Of a DNA stretch of 64,000 nucleotides, positions 20,667-30,774 are shown piece after piece; the first letter of the stretch is position 1; each line of letters opens with the position of its first letter. Made by a program: the position numbers and the translations under genes. The notes beneath the pieces were generated by a model. The model did not search any database and was not told the origin of the DNA. It saw nothing but the letters and a program-made list of their open reading frames with translations. Origin of the DNA: Alphaproteobacteria bacterium (lineage in GTDB: Bacteria > Pseudomonadota > Alphaproteobacteria > Rs-D84); contig JAVBPX010000004.1 in NCBI GenBank assembly GCA_031549365.1, positions 1 through 64,000 of the forward strand, in the 5' to 3' direction.

Positions 20667-22559
20667 TTATTCCGACTTATCTTCGAATTCAGCATCAACT
20701 GTTTTTTCATCTGGCTTTGCTTCATCCGTTGACGCGGCCTGATCCTGGGATTGTTTATAAATAATTTCGCCCAATTTCATTGCCCGCTCGGTCAATGTTT
20801 CGGTTTTAGCCTTTAATGATTCTGCGGTTGCATCAACATTTTCCAATTCAGCTTTTAAATCATCGCGTGCGGATTCAATACCAGATTTTGTTTCCGCATC
20901 CAATTTATCGCCATGCTCTTTCAATGATTTTTCAATTGAATGAATCCCGGTTTCAGCAACGTTCTTGGCTTCAACCAATTCACGTTTTTTCTTATCCGCC
21001 TCGGCGTTTAATTCGGCGTCTTTGACCATTTTTTGAATATCTTCTTCGGACAATCCACCATCTGATTTAATTGAAATAGCTTGTTCTTTGCCTGTCCCTT
21101 TATCTTTGGCAGACACATGAACAATACCATTAGCATCAATATCAAATGATACTTCGATTTGTGGCATTCCGCGTGGTGCTGGGGCAATACCCTCTAAATT
21201 AAATTGGCCCAATAATTTATTGTCAGCGGCCATATCGCGCTCACCCTGGAATACACGAATGGTCACGGCTGTTTGATTATCGTCGGCTGTGGAAAACACC
21301 TGGGATTTTTTTGCAGGAATTGTTGTATTACGATCAATCAATCGTGTAAACACCCCGCCCATTGTTTCAATACCCAACGACAGAGGGGTAACATCCAACA
21401 ATAATACATCCGTCACGTCGCCCTTTAATACACCGCCTTGAATTGCTGCGCCCATACAAACAACTTCGTCTGGATTAACGCCTTTGTGGGGCTCGCGGCC
21501 AAAAAATTCTTTGACTGCATCTTGAACTTTTGGCATACGAGTTTGGCCGCCGACCAAAATTACTTCGGATATTTGCGACTTTTCAATACCAGCATCCTTC
21601 AATGCTCTGCGACATGGTTCAATTGTACGATTAATTAATTCATCGACCAAGCTTTCCAATTTTGCGCGCGACAATTTCATATTAAAATGTTTTGGGCCGC
21701 TGGCATCTGCGGTAATAAACGGCAAATTAATATCAGCATCAGTACGCGAAGACAATTCAATTTTTGCCTTTTCTGCGGCTTCTTTTAAACGCTGCAAAGC
21801 CAATTTATCGGATTTCAAATCAATGCCATTTGATTTTTTAAATTCTTCGACCAAATAATCAATGATTTTTTTATCAAAATCTTCGCCGCCCAAAGCAGTG
21901 TCCCCATTCGTAGATTTTACTTCAAATACACCATCAGTAATTTCCAAAATGGAAATATCAAACGTTCCACCACCCAAATCATATACGGCAACAATACCGT
22001 CTTTTTTCTTGTCCAATCCATAAGCCAACGCAGCAGCAGTTGGTTCATTAACAATACGCAATACATTCAATCCAGCAATTCGACCGGCGTCTTTGGTTGC
22101 CTGGCGTTGCGAATCGTTAAAATAAGCAGGCACAGTAATAACAGCATCCGTGACAGTTTCGCCTAAATAAGCCTCGGCATCTTTTTTCAATTTTCCCAAA
22201 ACAAAAGCTGAAATTTGCGATGGAGCATATTTTTGCCCCTTGATTTCAACCCAAGCATCGCCATTTTCGCCACGCACAATTTTATATGGAACCATCGATT
22301 GGTCTTTTTTAATTTCAGGATCATCAAAACGACGACCAATCAAACGCTTGACCGCATATAATGTGTTTTCAGGATTCGTAACAGCTTGATTTTTTGCCGT
22401 AATTCCAACCAGTCTTTCTTCGGAATCGGCCAAAAAGGCAACCACTGATGGGGTTGTTCTTTGACCTTCGGAATTTTCAATAATCTTTGGTTCCTTGCCA
22501 TCCATAAATGCAACACAAGAATTCGTGGTTCCCAAATCAATTCCCAATACTTTTGCCAT
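20667..22559 (-). CDS. dnaK: Chaperone DnaK
   Basis: [38 protein letters not shown] tail. Confidence 0.99.
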   Translation of the reverse strand: MAKVLGIDLGTTNSCVAFMDGKEPKIIENSEGQRTTPSVVAFLADSEERLVGITAKNQAVTNPENTLYAVKRLIGRRFDDPEIKKDQSMVPYKIVRGENGDAWVEIKGQKYAPSQISAFVLGKLKKDAEAYLGETVTDAVITVPAYFNDSQRQATKDAGRIAGLNVLRIVNEPTAAALAYGLDKKKDGIVAVYDLGGGTFDISILEITDGVFEVKSTNGDTALGGEDFDKKIIDYLVEEFKKSNGIDLKSDKLALQRLKEAAEKAKIELSSRTDADINLPFITADASGPKHFNMKLSRAKLESLVDELINRTIEPCRRALKDAGIEKSQISEVILVGGQTRMPKVQDAVKEFFGREPHKGVNPDEVVCMGAAIQGGVLKGDVTDVLLLDVTPLSLGIETMGGVFTRLIDRNTTIPAKKSQVFSTADDNQTAVTIRVFQGERDMAADNKLLGQFNLEGIAPAPRGMPQIEVSFDIDANGIVHVSAKDKGTGKEQAISIKSDGGLSEEDIQKMVKDAELNAEADKKKRELVEAKNVAETGIHSIEKSLKEHGDKLDAETKSGIESARDDLKAELENVDATAESLKAKTETLTERAMKLGEIIYKQSQDQAASTDEAKPDEKTVDAEFEDKSE

Positions 22560-22604
22560 GTTTTTTCTTCCTTTGTTTTTGTTTTGAAAGTTTTACACGG
22601 CACA

Positions 22605-22632
22605 ATATGGGGCAATAGGGCCCAATGTCAAG
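22605..22632 (-). promoter_or_regulatory. RpoH (sigma32) heat-shock promoter of dnaK
   Basis: Minus strand CTTGAC-14bp-CCCCATAT matches the sigma32 consensus CTTGAA-N13-16-CCCCATNT. Confidence 0.75.
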
Positions 22633-22650
22633 GGCACAAAACAATATTTT

Positions 22651-23754
22651 TTATTCAATTTCGCCGATATAAATACCCAAATTCATCGCTGTTTTCAACA
22701 ATGTATTATCCTCGGTTACATATGCATTCGAAACAAATACAGATGGAACATTTGGATCAGGAATCACAGTTCCATCATTAAACATTTCCGGAATTGATAC
22801 TGTTTCACATTTATTATGACGATGAACAACGACCATATTCGTTTGACCCGATTCAATTGCATCAAACGTGGTTGCCGCCATCTGTGATGCCAAAATCCTA
22901 TCACCTGCGACTGTATCGCCACCACGCTGTAAATGCATCGGATTTAAATGACGTGTAACCATCCCATTTTCTGATAAATATTCGGCAATCCGTTCCGCGG
23001 CAGATATGCCCAAATGATCGGATTCGACCCCCTCGGCAACCAGGATTACGCCCCAATCACGCCCCGTACGTTTTTGAACATCCAATAAATGTTTATGTAA
23101 ATTTTGCATTGAATACGCGACCTCGGGAATAATAATGGCATCCGCCAAACATGCTATGCCCGCATTTAATGCCAAATAGCCAACATCCCGTCCCATTGTT
23201 TCAACAATAAACCAACGATGATGGGATCGTGCAGACATAACAACATCATCAACATATTGCGTTAAAACAGAAACCGCTGTTTCAAACCCAATCGTTAAAT
23301 CAGTTGACGGAACATCCATATCAATTGTTTTTGGAATACAAATTAATTGAACATCACGATAAATATCCATATGACGATACGCCATTGAAACAGAACCATT
23401 ACCACCAATCATAACCAAAGCATCAACGCCCAAATTTTGAACAGATTTTGTCATATTTTTAACAAATTCGACTTCGCGCCCATCTTGGATCGCTGCTTTT
23501 AAGTTAACAGCATTACTTTTGTATTCGCCATTTTGCAAATACGACCCTGAAATCCGAGCCATATACATTGGAATATTATCGGAATTTAATGGAATAATAT
23601 GTTGTGGATTTGAAACCAAACCATCCAATCCATCATGAATTCCAACGACATCCCATCCACGAACCGAACATCCCTGAATCAAGCGATATAATATAGTATT
23701 TAACCCAGAACAATCCCCACCTGTTGTAACAACTGCAATTTTTTTCTTATCCAT
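22651..23754 (-). CDS. pfkA: 6-phosphofructokinase (PfkA family)
   Basis: TGGDCSGLN, IGGNGS, PKTIDMD, VETMGR, VAEG, QRGG. Confidence 0.88.
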   Translation of the reverse strand: MDKKKIAVVTTGGDCSGLNTILYRLIQGCSVRGWDVVGIHDGLDGLVSNPQHIIPLNSDNIPMYMARISGSYLQNGEYKSNAVNLKAAIQDGREVEFVKNMTKSVQNLGVDALVMIGGNGSVSMAYRHMDIYRDVQLICIPKTIDMDVPSTDLTIGFETAVSVLTQYVDDVVMSARSHHRWFIVETMGRDVGYLALNAGIACLADAIIIPEVAYSMQNLHKHLLDVQKRTGRDWGVILVAEGVESDHLGISAAERIAEYLSENGMVTRHLNPMHLQRGGDTVAGDRILASQMAATTFDAIESGQTNMVVVHRHNKCETVSIPEMFNDGTVIPDPNVPSVFVSNAYVTEDNTLLKTAMNLGIYIGEIE

Positions 23755-23909
23755 CCCCTTGCCTTTTGGTTTTAATATATTATATATTATCAGAAAAATC
23801 GTGAATAAACAACCGTCAAAAATAAAAAATCTATATACGTTTTAACATCCGACTTGAAACCACGTTTTATTTATGATAATGTCAGGCTGTAAAAATCAAA
23901 GGAATAAAA

Positions 23910-24695
23910 ATGTTTAATCTTGGGAATATGTCTGGGCAACAATTGTTAGTTAACGGAATAGAAATATTGGTGATATTAATCACTTTTTTTCTGTTTTACA
24001 AAAAATTCATTAAAAATACCGGATCTGAAAAATTCGTCCGCGGCGTTTTTGTATTATTGGTTTTATGGGTCATCAGCCAAATATTTATGACAATCCATTT
24101 AAACATATTGGGATTATTTTTACGTTATGTTGTAATGTTTATTACCCTATCGTTAATTGTTGTATTCCAACCAGAATTGCGCAAATTTCTGGGCATGTTG
24201 GGCCAGGCCAGTTTTTTTCGCAGATTACTGTTCAAAAAAAATAATCCTAAAAATACAAACCATAATGTGAATGAAATCGTCAAAGCTGCGGAATACATGT
24301 CAAAAACCCACACAGGCGCATTAATCGTATTCAAAAATGATTTCACTGATTCTGTTTCAAATATGGGAACAATTTTAAATGCAGATATTTCGTCTGAATT
24401 ATTATTAACCTTATTTTTCCCAAAAACGCCCCTACATGATGGCGCCATAATTATCAAAGATAATAAAATCGTATCTGCTGGCGCTATTTTACCATTAACC
24501 GAGAAAAAGGGCTTGGAATGGCGTTATGGGACCCGTCATCGTGCTGCACTGGGCATGTCCGAAGTCAGCGATGCACACGTATTAATAGTATCCGAAGAAA
24601 CTGGCGATATATCAATTGCGAAAAATGGAACTTTAAAAAAATATAAAAATATGAAAACGTTAGAAACGGATTTGTCTGAAATATTAAAAAAATAA
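23910..24695 (+). CDS. cdaA: Membrane-bound diadenylate cyclase (CdaA/DacA type)
   Basis: Three N-terminal TM helices, VVFQPELR, TPLHDGA (DGA motif), GTRHRAALG (RHR motif), VSEETG. Confidence 0.93.
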   Translation: MFNLGNMSGQQLLVNGIEILVILITFFLFYKKFIKNTGSEKFVRGVFVLLVLWVISQIFMTIHLNILGLFLRYVVMFITLSLIVVFQPELRKFLGMLGQASFFRRLLFKKNNPKNTNHNVNEIVKAAEYMSKTHTGALIVFKNDFTDSVSNMGTILNADISSELLLTLFFPKTPLHDGAIIIKDNKIVSAGAILPLTEKKGLEWRYGTRHRAALGMSEVSDAHVLIVSEETGDISIAKNGTLKKYKNMKTLETDLSEILKK

Positions 24696-24816
24696 AAACC
24701 AAGCCCCAGAAAAAATACTGGGGCTTTTTTTAATCGGCATAATGGATTTATATCCTATGGCCCTGGAAATTAATTTGTGATATTATATATGCAACAACCA
24801 ACCAAAAGGATCAACC

Positions 24817-25434
24817 ATGAAAAAAATAACACCCATTATATTTGCATTATCAATATTATCCGTACCTGCCCTGGCCGCCACAAGCCAAAGCGAAACCGGA
24901 TTATACATTGGCGCACGCGCAGGCCTTGGACACCAGGATGTATCAAACCTAAATGTTACAATTGATAACTCGTTCAAAGTCCCCGTCAAAGATCGTTCTG
25001 ATAATATATCAACAGGATCAATTGCCGTCGGATATAAAATAAATTCATTCCGTGTCGAATTGGAGGGTAAATTAAATAACTTTTTTAAAACCGAAAATGC
25101 TCGCATTCAATCAAATACTCTTACCGCAAATACATATTATGATTTTATAAATTCCAGCATGTTTACTCCGTATATTACAGCTGGCCTGGGAATCGCAGAA
25201 ACATCATTCCGGGTTCAAAATTTTGAACATACAGACCACCATAATGAATTTACATATAATGTTGGTTTTGGATTGGCTGTATCAATAACGAAATCTATGG
25301 CAATTGATTTAATGTATAGATACATAAATTATGATCATATCAAATACAATCAAACAACTGGCGGAACAAACATCGATATTTCAGCCAGAAACTTTATGAA
25401 CGAAGCAACCCTGGGCTTGCGCTATACATTTTAA
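24817..25434 (+). CDS. Outer membrane beta-barrel protein (Opa/porin-like, 8-stranded)
   Basis: Signal peptide, GLYIGAR, RVELE, NTYYDF, TPYITAGLG, C-terminal LGLRYTF. Confidence 0.85.
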   Translation: MKKITPIIFALSILSVPALAATSQSETGLYIGARAGLGHQDVSNLNVTIDNSFKVPVKDRSDNISTGSIAVGYKINSFRVELEGKLNNFFKTENARIQSNTLTANTYYDFINSSMFTPYITAGLGIAETSFRVQNFEHTDHHNEFTYNVGFGLAVSITKSMAIDLMYRYINYDHIKYNQTTGGTNIDISARNFMNEATLGLRYTF

Positions 25435-25453
25435 ACTTCTTTTTTTAACAACA

Positions 25454-25676
25454 AAAACCACCCGTCTGGGTGGTTTTTAATTTTGGTAGGCGCTACAGGA
25501 TTCGAACCCTGTGGAGACGGATCAGAAAACAATTAATAATTGTTTTCCCGTCGGAATAGAAACAACAAATTTTTAATTTGTATGTTTCGCCGTGGTCACA
25601 GGTTCATACGTGCTTAAAATTAAAACCACCCGTCTGGGTGGTTTTTAATTTTGGTAGGCGCTACAGGATTCGAACC
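25454..25676. repeat. tRNA-linked structured element, copy 2, bounded by 55-bp direct repeats (terminator plus tRNA-Lys 3' end)
   Basis: Identical 55-mers at 25454-25508 and 25622-25676; internal core shared with 2623-2663. Confidence 0.92.
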
Positions 25677-25727
25677 TGTGACCCAATGATTAAAAGTCAT
25701 TTGCTCTACCAACTGAGCTAAGCGCCC
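25652..25727 (-). tRNA. tRNA-Lys(TTT)
   Basis: Reverse complement GGGCGCTTAGCTCAGTTGGTAGAGCAAATGACTTTTAATCATT...GCGCCTACCA. Confidence 0.97.
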
Positions 25728-25735
25728 GTTAATAG

Positions 25736-25812
25736 TGGAGCGAGCGAAGGGGCTCGAACCCTCGACCTCAACCTTGGCAAGGTTGCGCTCTAGCCAACTG
25801 AGCTACGCTCGC
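25736..25812 (-). tRNA. tRNA-Gly(GCC)
   Basis: Reverse complement GCGAGCGTAGCTCAG...CAACCTTGCCAAGGTTG...CGCTCGCTCCA (U73). Confidence 0.97.
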
Positions 25813-25981
25813 ATTTCATTAACGCCCGGGCATTTTGACAGATTGTTTTAATAAATGCAAGTAATTTTTAAATTTATTTTCAATTAAATTAATCAATCCC
25901 GCGATACACAAAAATAGCCTTGACAAAATCAACAATTTGTAATTAAATACTTCCATAAACATTTAACCCCGGGGGATTAAA

Positions 25982-27169
25982 ATGGCAAATTTATCCGATC
26001 GCGCACAGAATCGCGCAAATCAATCCAGATCAAATGCAATGAATCGCGCAACACAAAATGTCCAATCTGCACAATATAAAACTCGCGAAAAAAAATCATT
26101 CTTCCGTCGCATTCTGCCGTATTGGTTTCCAATTTTGGTTATCATGATGGTTTTGTTTGTTGCTTGGGTTGTATTAATTGAAAATGATGCCCGCAATACC
26201 CCTACTGACAAATTCGTCGAAATCCAAGCACACGATTCAAACGACAAAACAGAAACCAAACCGAATATATTGGTGGAACACAAAGTTACAGTCACCGTAC
26301 CGGCCGTAACAGTAAAACCAGCAACAAAGCCATGCAATAATAAAAAACCAGCATCCGCAAACGTAACTGTTGTAAACGAACAGGTTTTGCCATCATTTGA
26401 TATGGTCCGCATTGGTGCCGGCGGATCAGTTATTGTTTCTGGTCGCTATTTACCAAATCAAAAGGTTTCGATTAAATTAAACAAACAAATTTGGGGGACA
26501 GAATCCACAGATAAAAACGGAGAATTTGCATTTGCTCCAAATAAAAAACTGAAACCCGGCAACTATACAGTTAAATTAATTGCTGTTGAACAAAATCTGG
26601 AATCAGATCGCGATGTATTCATGTATGTATCCGAAGACGATAAAAAATATTCATCCATTTCATTATTAATGGGCCGCGATGGATCGAAATTTTTACAAAC
26701 ACCAATGGGGAATTCTGGTGATTTGACCATTACCAAAGTTGATTATTTAATAAATGGTCGTGTGTTGGTTGCTGGATCTGGCCTGCCCCGCATGCGTGTT
26801 AATTTGGAATTGGATGGTAAAAATTTGGGACAAACACGTATTTCTGATTCTGGAAATTTCGGACTGGGCGCACCAATTGATCCAATGGTTGCTGACAAAA
26901 AATATTCAATGCGCGCATGGGTTTCGAACGAAATAAATCATACCATTGCCGAAATTAAATATGAATTTCAAATTCCTGAATCAAAACCAGACGAAGACAC
27001 ATATTACACCGTTCGTCGCGGCGATACATTATGGGTAATTTCAAAAAACCATTATGGTTCTGGGATTAAATACACTGTTATTTTCCAAGGGAACAATGAT
27101 AAGATCAAAAATGCAAACTTGATTTATCCAAAACAAATATTTGTTGTTCCAATGGAAGCCAGAAAATAA
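25982..27169 (+). CDS. LysM peptidoglycan-binding protein with Ig-like domains
   Basis: N-terminal TM, PSFDMVRI, C-terminal YTVRRGDTLWVISKNHYGSG...NANLIYPKQIF. Confidence 0.88.
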   Translation: MANLSDRAQNRANQSRSNAMNRATQNVQSAQYKTREKKSFFRRILPYWFPILVIMMVLFVAWVVLIENDARNTPTDKFVEIQAHDSNDKTETKPNILVEHKVTVTVPAVTVKPATKPCNNKKPASANVTVVNEQVLPSFDMVRIGAGGSVIVSGRYLPNQKVSIKLNKQIWGTESTDKNGEFAFAPNKKLKPGNYTVKLIAVEQNLESDRDVFMYVSEDDKKYSSISLLMGRDGSKFLQTPMGNSGDLTITKVDYLINGRVLVAGSGLPRMRVNLELDGKNLGQTRISDSGNFGLGAPIDPMVADKKYSMRAWVSNEINHTIAEIKYEFQIPESKPDEDTYYTVRRGDTLWVISKNHYGSGIKYTVIFQGNNDKIKNANLIYPKQIFVVPMEARK

Positions 27170-27302
27170 AACACAATCCCCCAAACACGGGGGATTTTTT
27201 ATTGGACAATTTAATATTTGATTGTTATTATGCGGGCCGGAAACCAAAAGAATAAAAACAGATTGTATTTGAACACAATCAAACAAGAGGGAACAAAACA
27301 AA

Positions 27303-27860
27303 ATGCCATTATCATTATCAAAAATCAAACCGGGCAAAAATCCGCCAACAGAAATGACTGTTGTTATCGAAGTGGCCCAGGGCGGAAACGTAAAATACGA
27401 AATCGACAAAACATCTGGATTATTGGCTGTTGACCGAATTTTACACACCCCATTATCATATCCAACAGAATATGGCTATTTTCCAGGCACGCTGGGCGAT
27501 GACGGCGATCCATTGGATGCTGTTGTTGTATGTAACGCACAATTGCAGCCGGGAATTATATTGCATGTTCGTCCCATCGGCGTTTTATTGATGGAAGATC
27601 AAGCCGGCATGGACGAAAAAATCATCTGTGTCCCAACCGATGATGTTGATCCATTCCATTCAAACACTCTGGGGATCAAGGATTTGCCATCAATTTTAAA
27701 ATCAAAAATCGAATATTTTTTCAATCACTACAAAGATTTGGAACCCGGGAAATGGACCAAAATGCATGGGTGGGGCGATTTGGAACACGCCCATAAAATC
27801 ATCATTCGCAGTATTGAAAAATACCAAAAATACAAAACATCCAAACAAAACACAAAATAA
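27303..27860 (+). CDS. ppa: Inorganic pyrophosphatase
   Basis: KYEIDK, DGDPLDA, MEDQAGMDEKI, YKDLEPGKW. Confidence 0.96.
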   Translation: MPLSLSKIKPGKNPPTEMTVVIEVAQGGNVKYEIDKTSGLLAVDRILHTPLSYPTEYGYFPGTLGDDGDPLDAVVVCNAQLQPGIILHVRPIGVLLMEDQAGMDEKIICVPTDDVDPFHSNTLGIKDLPSILKSKIEYFFNHYKDLEPGKWTKMHGWGDLEHAHKIIIRSIEKYQKYKTSKQNTK

Positions 27861-27919
27861 AACAAAGGGGTTGATTTAAATTGACCCCTTTTCTATAATT
27901 GGGACGTAAATCAAATTAT

Positions 27920-27993
27920 GCGGGCGTGGTATAATGGTAACACGTCAGCTTCCCAAGCTGAAGCCGAGGGTTCGATTCCCTTCGCCCGCACCA
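27920..27993 (+). tRNA. tRNA-Gly(CCC)
   Basis: GCGGGCG/CGCCCGC acceptor stem, anticodon arm TCAGCTTCCCAAGCTGA, GGTTCGATTCC, ACCA end. Confidence 0.93.
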
Positions 27994-28013
27994 AATGCAA
28001 AAAAGGAAGCATA

Positions 28014-28976
28014 ATGGACATTAAACAAATTGCAAAAAACGTTATGGACACCGAAATCGCGGGATTAACTGAATTGCGCGATCATATCATGAATGATCCC
28101 GAATTTGAACGCGCTGTTCAATTATTAATTAATCGTCGTGGTAACATTGTAATAACAGGCATGGGTAAATCCGGACACATTGCAAAAAAAATTGCAACAA
28201 CAATGGCATCCACCGGGTCCCCTGCGCTATTCATTCATCCGTCCGAGGCTTCACACGGCGATTTGGGCATGGTCAGTCACGACAACATCGTAATCGCAAT
28301 TTCAAATGGCGGCGAATCCAAAGAATTATCGGACATAATTAACTATTGCAAACGTTATGACATCCCAATTATTTCAATGACACGCGCGCCGGATTCTACA
28401 TTGGCAAAAAACGCAACCGTATCTTTGACAATGCCACGCGTGCCAGAATGCTGCAAATTGGGCAAGGCTCCGACAACATCAACAACCCAAACATTGGCCT
28501 ATGGCGACGTTTTAACAATGATTTTGGAACACGCAAATCATTTGGATGCGGATATGTATAAAAATTGGCATCCCGGCGGTAAATTGGGCGCATCATTATT
28601 AAAAATCACCGACATCATGCACCGCGGAGATGATGTCCCATTGGTAAATGAAAACGACGTATTTATGAAAATTGTCGAAGTTATGTCCCGCCCCACCCGT
28701 TTTGGTTGCGTTGGCGTAATTGACAATAACGGCAAATTAACCGGCGTATTTACAGACGGCGATATTCGCCGCGCAATTGGAATTGATTTAATGGGAAAAA
28801 AGGCCGACGAAGTCATGAAGCGTAATCCGATAACAATCCCGGACACAACATTGGCGACCGAAGCATTACGTATTATCAATGAAAAAAAGATTCAAACATT
28901 ATTTATCGTTGATAATGACAACAAACCAATTGGCATAATCAGTTTTCACGATTTATTAAAAGCCGGAGTATTATAA
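28014..28976 (+). CDS. kdsD: Arabinose-5-phosphate isomerase (KpsF/GutQ)
   Basis: TGMGKSGH, HPSEASHGDLG, APTTSTT, HPGGKLG and two CBS domains. Confidence 0.93.
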   Translation: MDIKQIAKNVMDTEIAGLTELRDHIMNDPEFERAVQLLINRRGNIVITGMGKSGHIAKKIATTMASTGSPALFIHPSEASHGDLGMVSHDNIVIAISNGGESKELSDIINYCKRYDIPIISMTRAPDSTLAKNATVSLTMPRVPECCKLGKAPTTSTTQTLAYGDVLTMILEHANHLDADMYKNWHPGGKLGASLLKITDIMHRGDDVPLVNENDVFMKIVEVMSRPTRFGCVGVIDNNGKLTGVFTDGDIRRAIGIDLMGKKADEVMKRNPITIPDTTLATEALRIINEKKIQTLFIVDNDNKPIGIISFHDLLKAGVL

Positions 28977-29033
28977 TTAACACAAAACCCATCATCCGAT
29001 GGGTTTTTAAACAAAAAACGAGGGTATAAAAAC

Positions 29034-29648
29034 ATGGCGAAATTGCACTTTTATTACGCGGTAATGAATTCTGGTAAATCAATTGATTTAATACGCACAC
29101 GACATAATTACATGTCGCTGGGATTTAATACTGGTGCAATAACCCATTCGGCAGACAATCGTTTCGGACTGAATAAAATCGCATCACGTATCGGTTTGGA
29201 ATGCGACGCAATTGGCATGGATAAAATTACTGTTGATGATTTATTAAAATTATTTCCAAAATTTAAAACCGAACCGGGCAAGAGCATTTTATTCGTGGAC
29301 GAAGTACAATTTTTTGATCCAAAATCCATTTTTGAATTATCCAATCTGGTTGATTATCATAATATCCCCGTCATAACATATGGATTAAAAATTGATTCAA
29401 ATGGAAATATTTGGGACGGATCACGTGAATTAATCGCATTGGCAAACGACATCAAAGAAATCAAAAACATTTGCAAATGCGGATCCAAAGCAACACACAT
29501 ATTACGTTATGATGCAAACCATGATATTATTCGCGGCGGCGAACAATTATGTGTTGGCGACGCATCAACAAATCCGGAAAAACAAAACACATACGAATCT
29601 GTTTGCCGCAAATGCTGGAAAGATGTATACCATCCGCGCGGCCGATAA
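29034..29648 (+). CDS. tdk: Thymidine kinase
   Basis: MAKLHFYYAVMNSGKS, VDEVQF, YGLKID, Zn-binding CKC and CRKC. Confidence 0.92.
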   Translation: MAKLHFYYAVMNSGKSIDLIRTRHNYMSLGFNTGAITHSADNRFGLNKIASRIGLECDAIGMDKITVDDLLKLFPKFKTEPGKSILFVDEVQFFDPKSIFELSNLVDYHNIPVITYGLKIDSNGNIWDGSRELIALANDIKEIKNICKCGSKATHILRYDANHDIIRGGEQLCVGDASTNPEKQNTYESVCRKCWKDVYHPRGR

Positions 29649-29687
29649 ACCCAACTAAAAACCCACATTTTACTGTGGGTTTATTTT

Positions 29688-30524
29688 TTACAATTTAATT
29701 AAATGCTGTTTGGCGATTTGATCCAATTCCATCCAAATCTTTAAATTTTCCGCCATATCATCCAATTTCACCATATTCGGGCCATCACAAGGCGCAACAT
29801 CTGGATTATCATGGGTTTCAATAAACACGCCAGCAACACCAATTGCCAATGCTGCGCGCGCAATAACCGGGGCCAAACGACGATCCCCACCCGACGTACA
29901 ACCGGCCGCCGCGGGTTGTTGAATGCCGTGCGTAGCATCAATTATAACCGGCGCATCCAACGATGACATCCACGGAATGGATCGCATATCAACAACAAAA
30001 TTATTATACCCAAACGATGTTCCACGTTCGGTTAATAAAATCCGATCATTCCCAGAATCGTAACATTTACCCAATGAACTCTTCATATCCATGGGGGCCG
30101 AAAATTGTGGTTTTTTGATATTAACAACCCGTCCCGTTTTGGCGGCCGCAACCAATAAATCTGTTTGGCGTGCCAAAAAAGCTGGAATTTGAACAATATC
30201 AACGTGTTCTGCAACAACCATCGCCTGTTCTGGCCAATGAACATCCGTCACAACCGGACATCCAAACGTTGATTTAATTTCATCAAATATTTTTAACGCA
30301 TTATCCAACCCAATCCCACGACCAGACGTTAACGATGTACGATTTGCCTTGTCAAACGAAGTTTTAAAAACATACGGGATTTTTAAATCAGATGTTAATT
30401 TAACCAAACGTTCGGCCATCATCATGCCATGATCGCGTGATTCCAAAGCACAAGGCCCCGCCATCAAAACAAACGGCAAATCATTTCCAAAAGTAACGTT
30501 TTCATTTAATTTTACATGTTTCAT
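29688..30524 (-). CDS. kdsA: KDO-8-phosphate synthase
   Basis: AGPCALES, SFDKANRTS, QIPAFLARQTD, ERGTSFGY, DATH, CDGP. Confidence 0.97.
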   Translation of the reverse strand: MKHVKLNENVTFGNDLPFVLMAGPCALESRDHGMMMAERLVKLTSDLKIPYVFKTSFDKANRTSLTSGRGIGLDNALKIFDEIKSTFGCPVVTDVHWPEQAMVVAEHVDIVQIPAFLARQTDLLVAAAKTGRVVNIKKPQFSAPMDMKSSLGKCYDSGNDRILLTERGTSFGYNNFVVDMRSIPWMSSLDAPVIIDATHGIQQPAAAGCTSGGDRRLAPVIARAALAIGVAGVFIETHDNPDVAPCDGPNMVKLDDMAENLKIWMELDQIAKQHLIKL

Positions 30525-30774
30525 ATATACTCCTTTCTTTTTTCGCCATGATTATATCAAACCGAAATAATATTGCAAATGGATAAATCCCTTGACTTTT
30601 CGATAAAATCAGTCATAATCCATACGCTTTTCCAAAGAATTGCTATATAAAAAACACTTGGCATGGTATTTGCCTGGTACATTGTGCAGCGAAGGTTCGC
30701 CCCACGATGTGCGTTTTTTGTATTCAATAAACAAACGCCGTAAAACGCGGCATAACAAAAAAAGGACTAAAACA

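Noticed and set aside
25454-25676. Direct repeats as a CRISPR array or as prophage attL/attR
   Set aside because: There are only two copies, made of a terminator plus a tRNA tail. The intervening 113 bp carries no cargo, and no cas or integrase gene is present.
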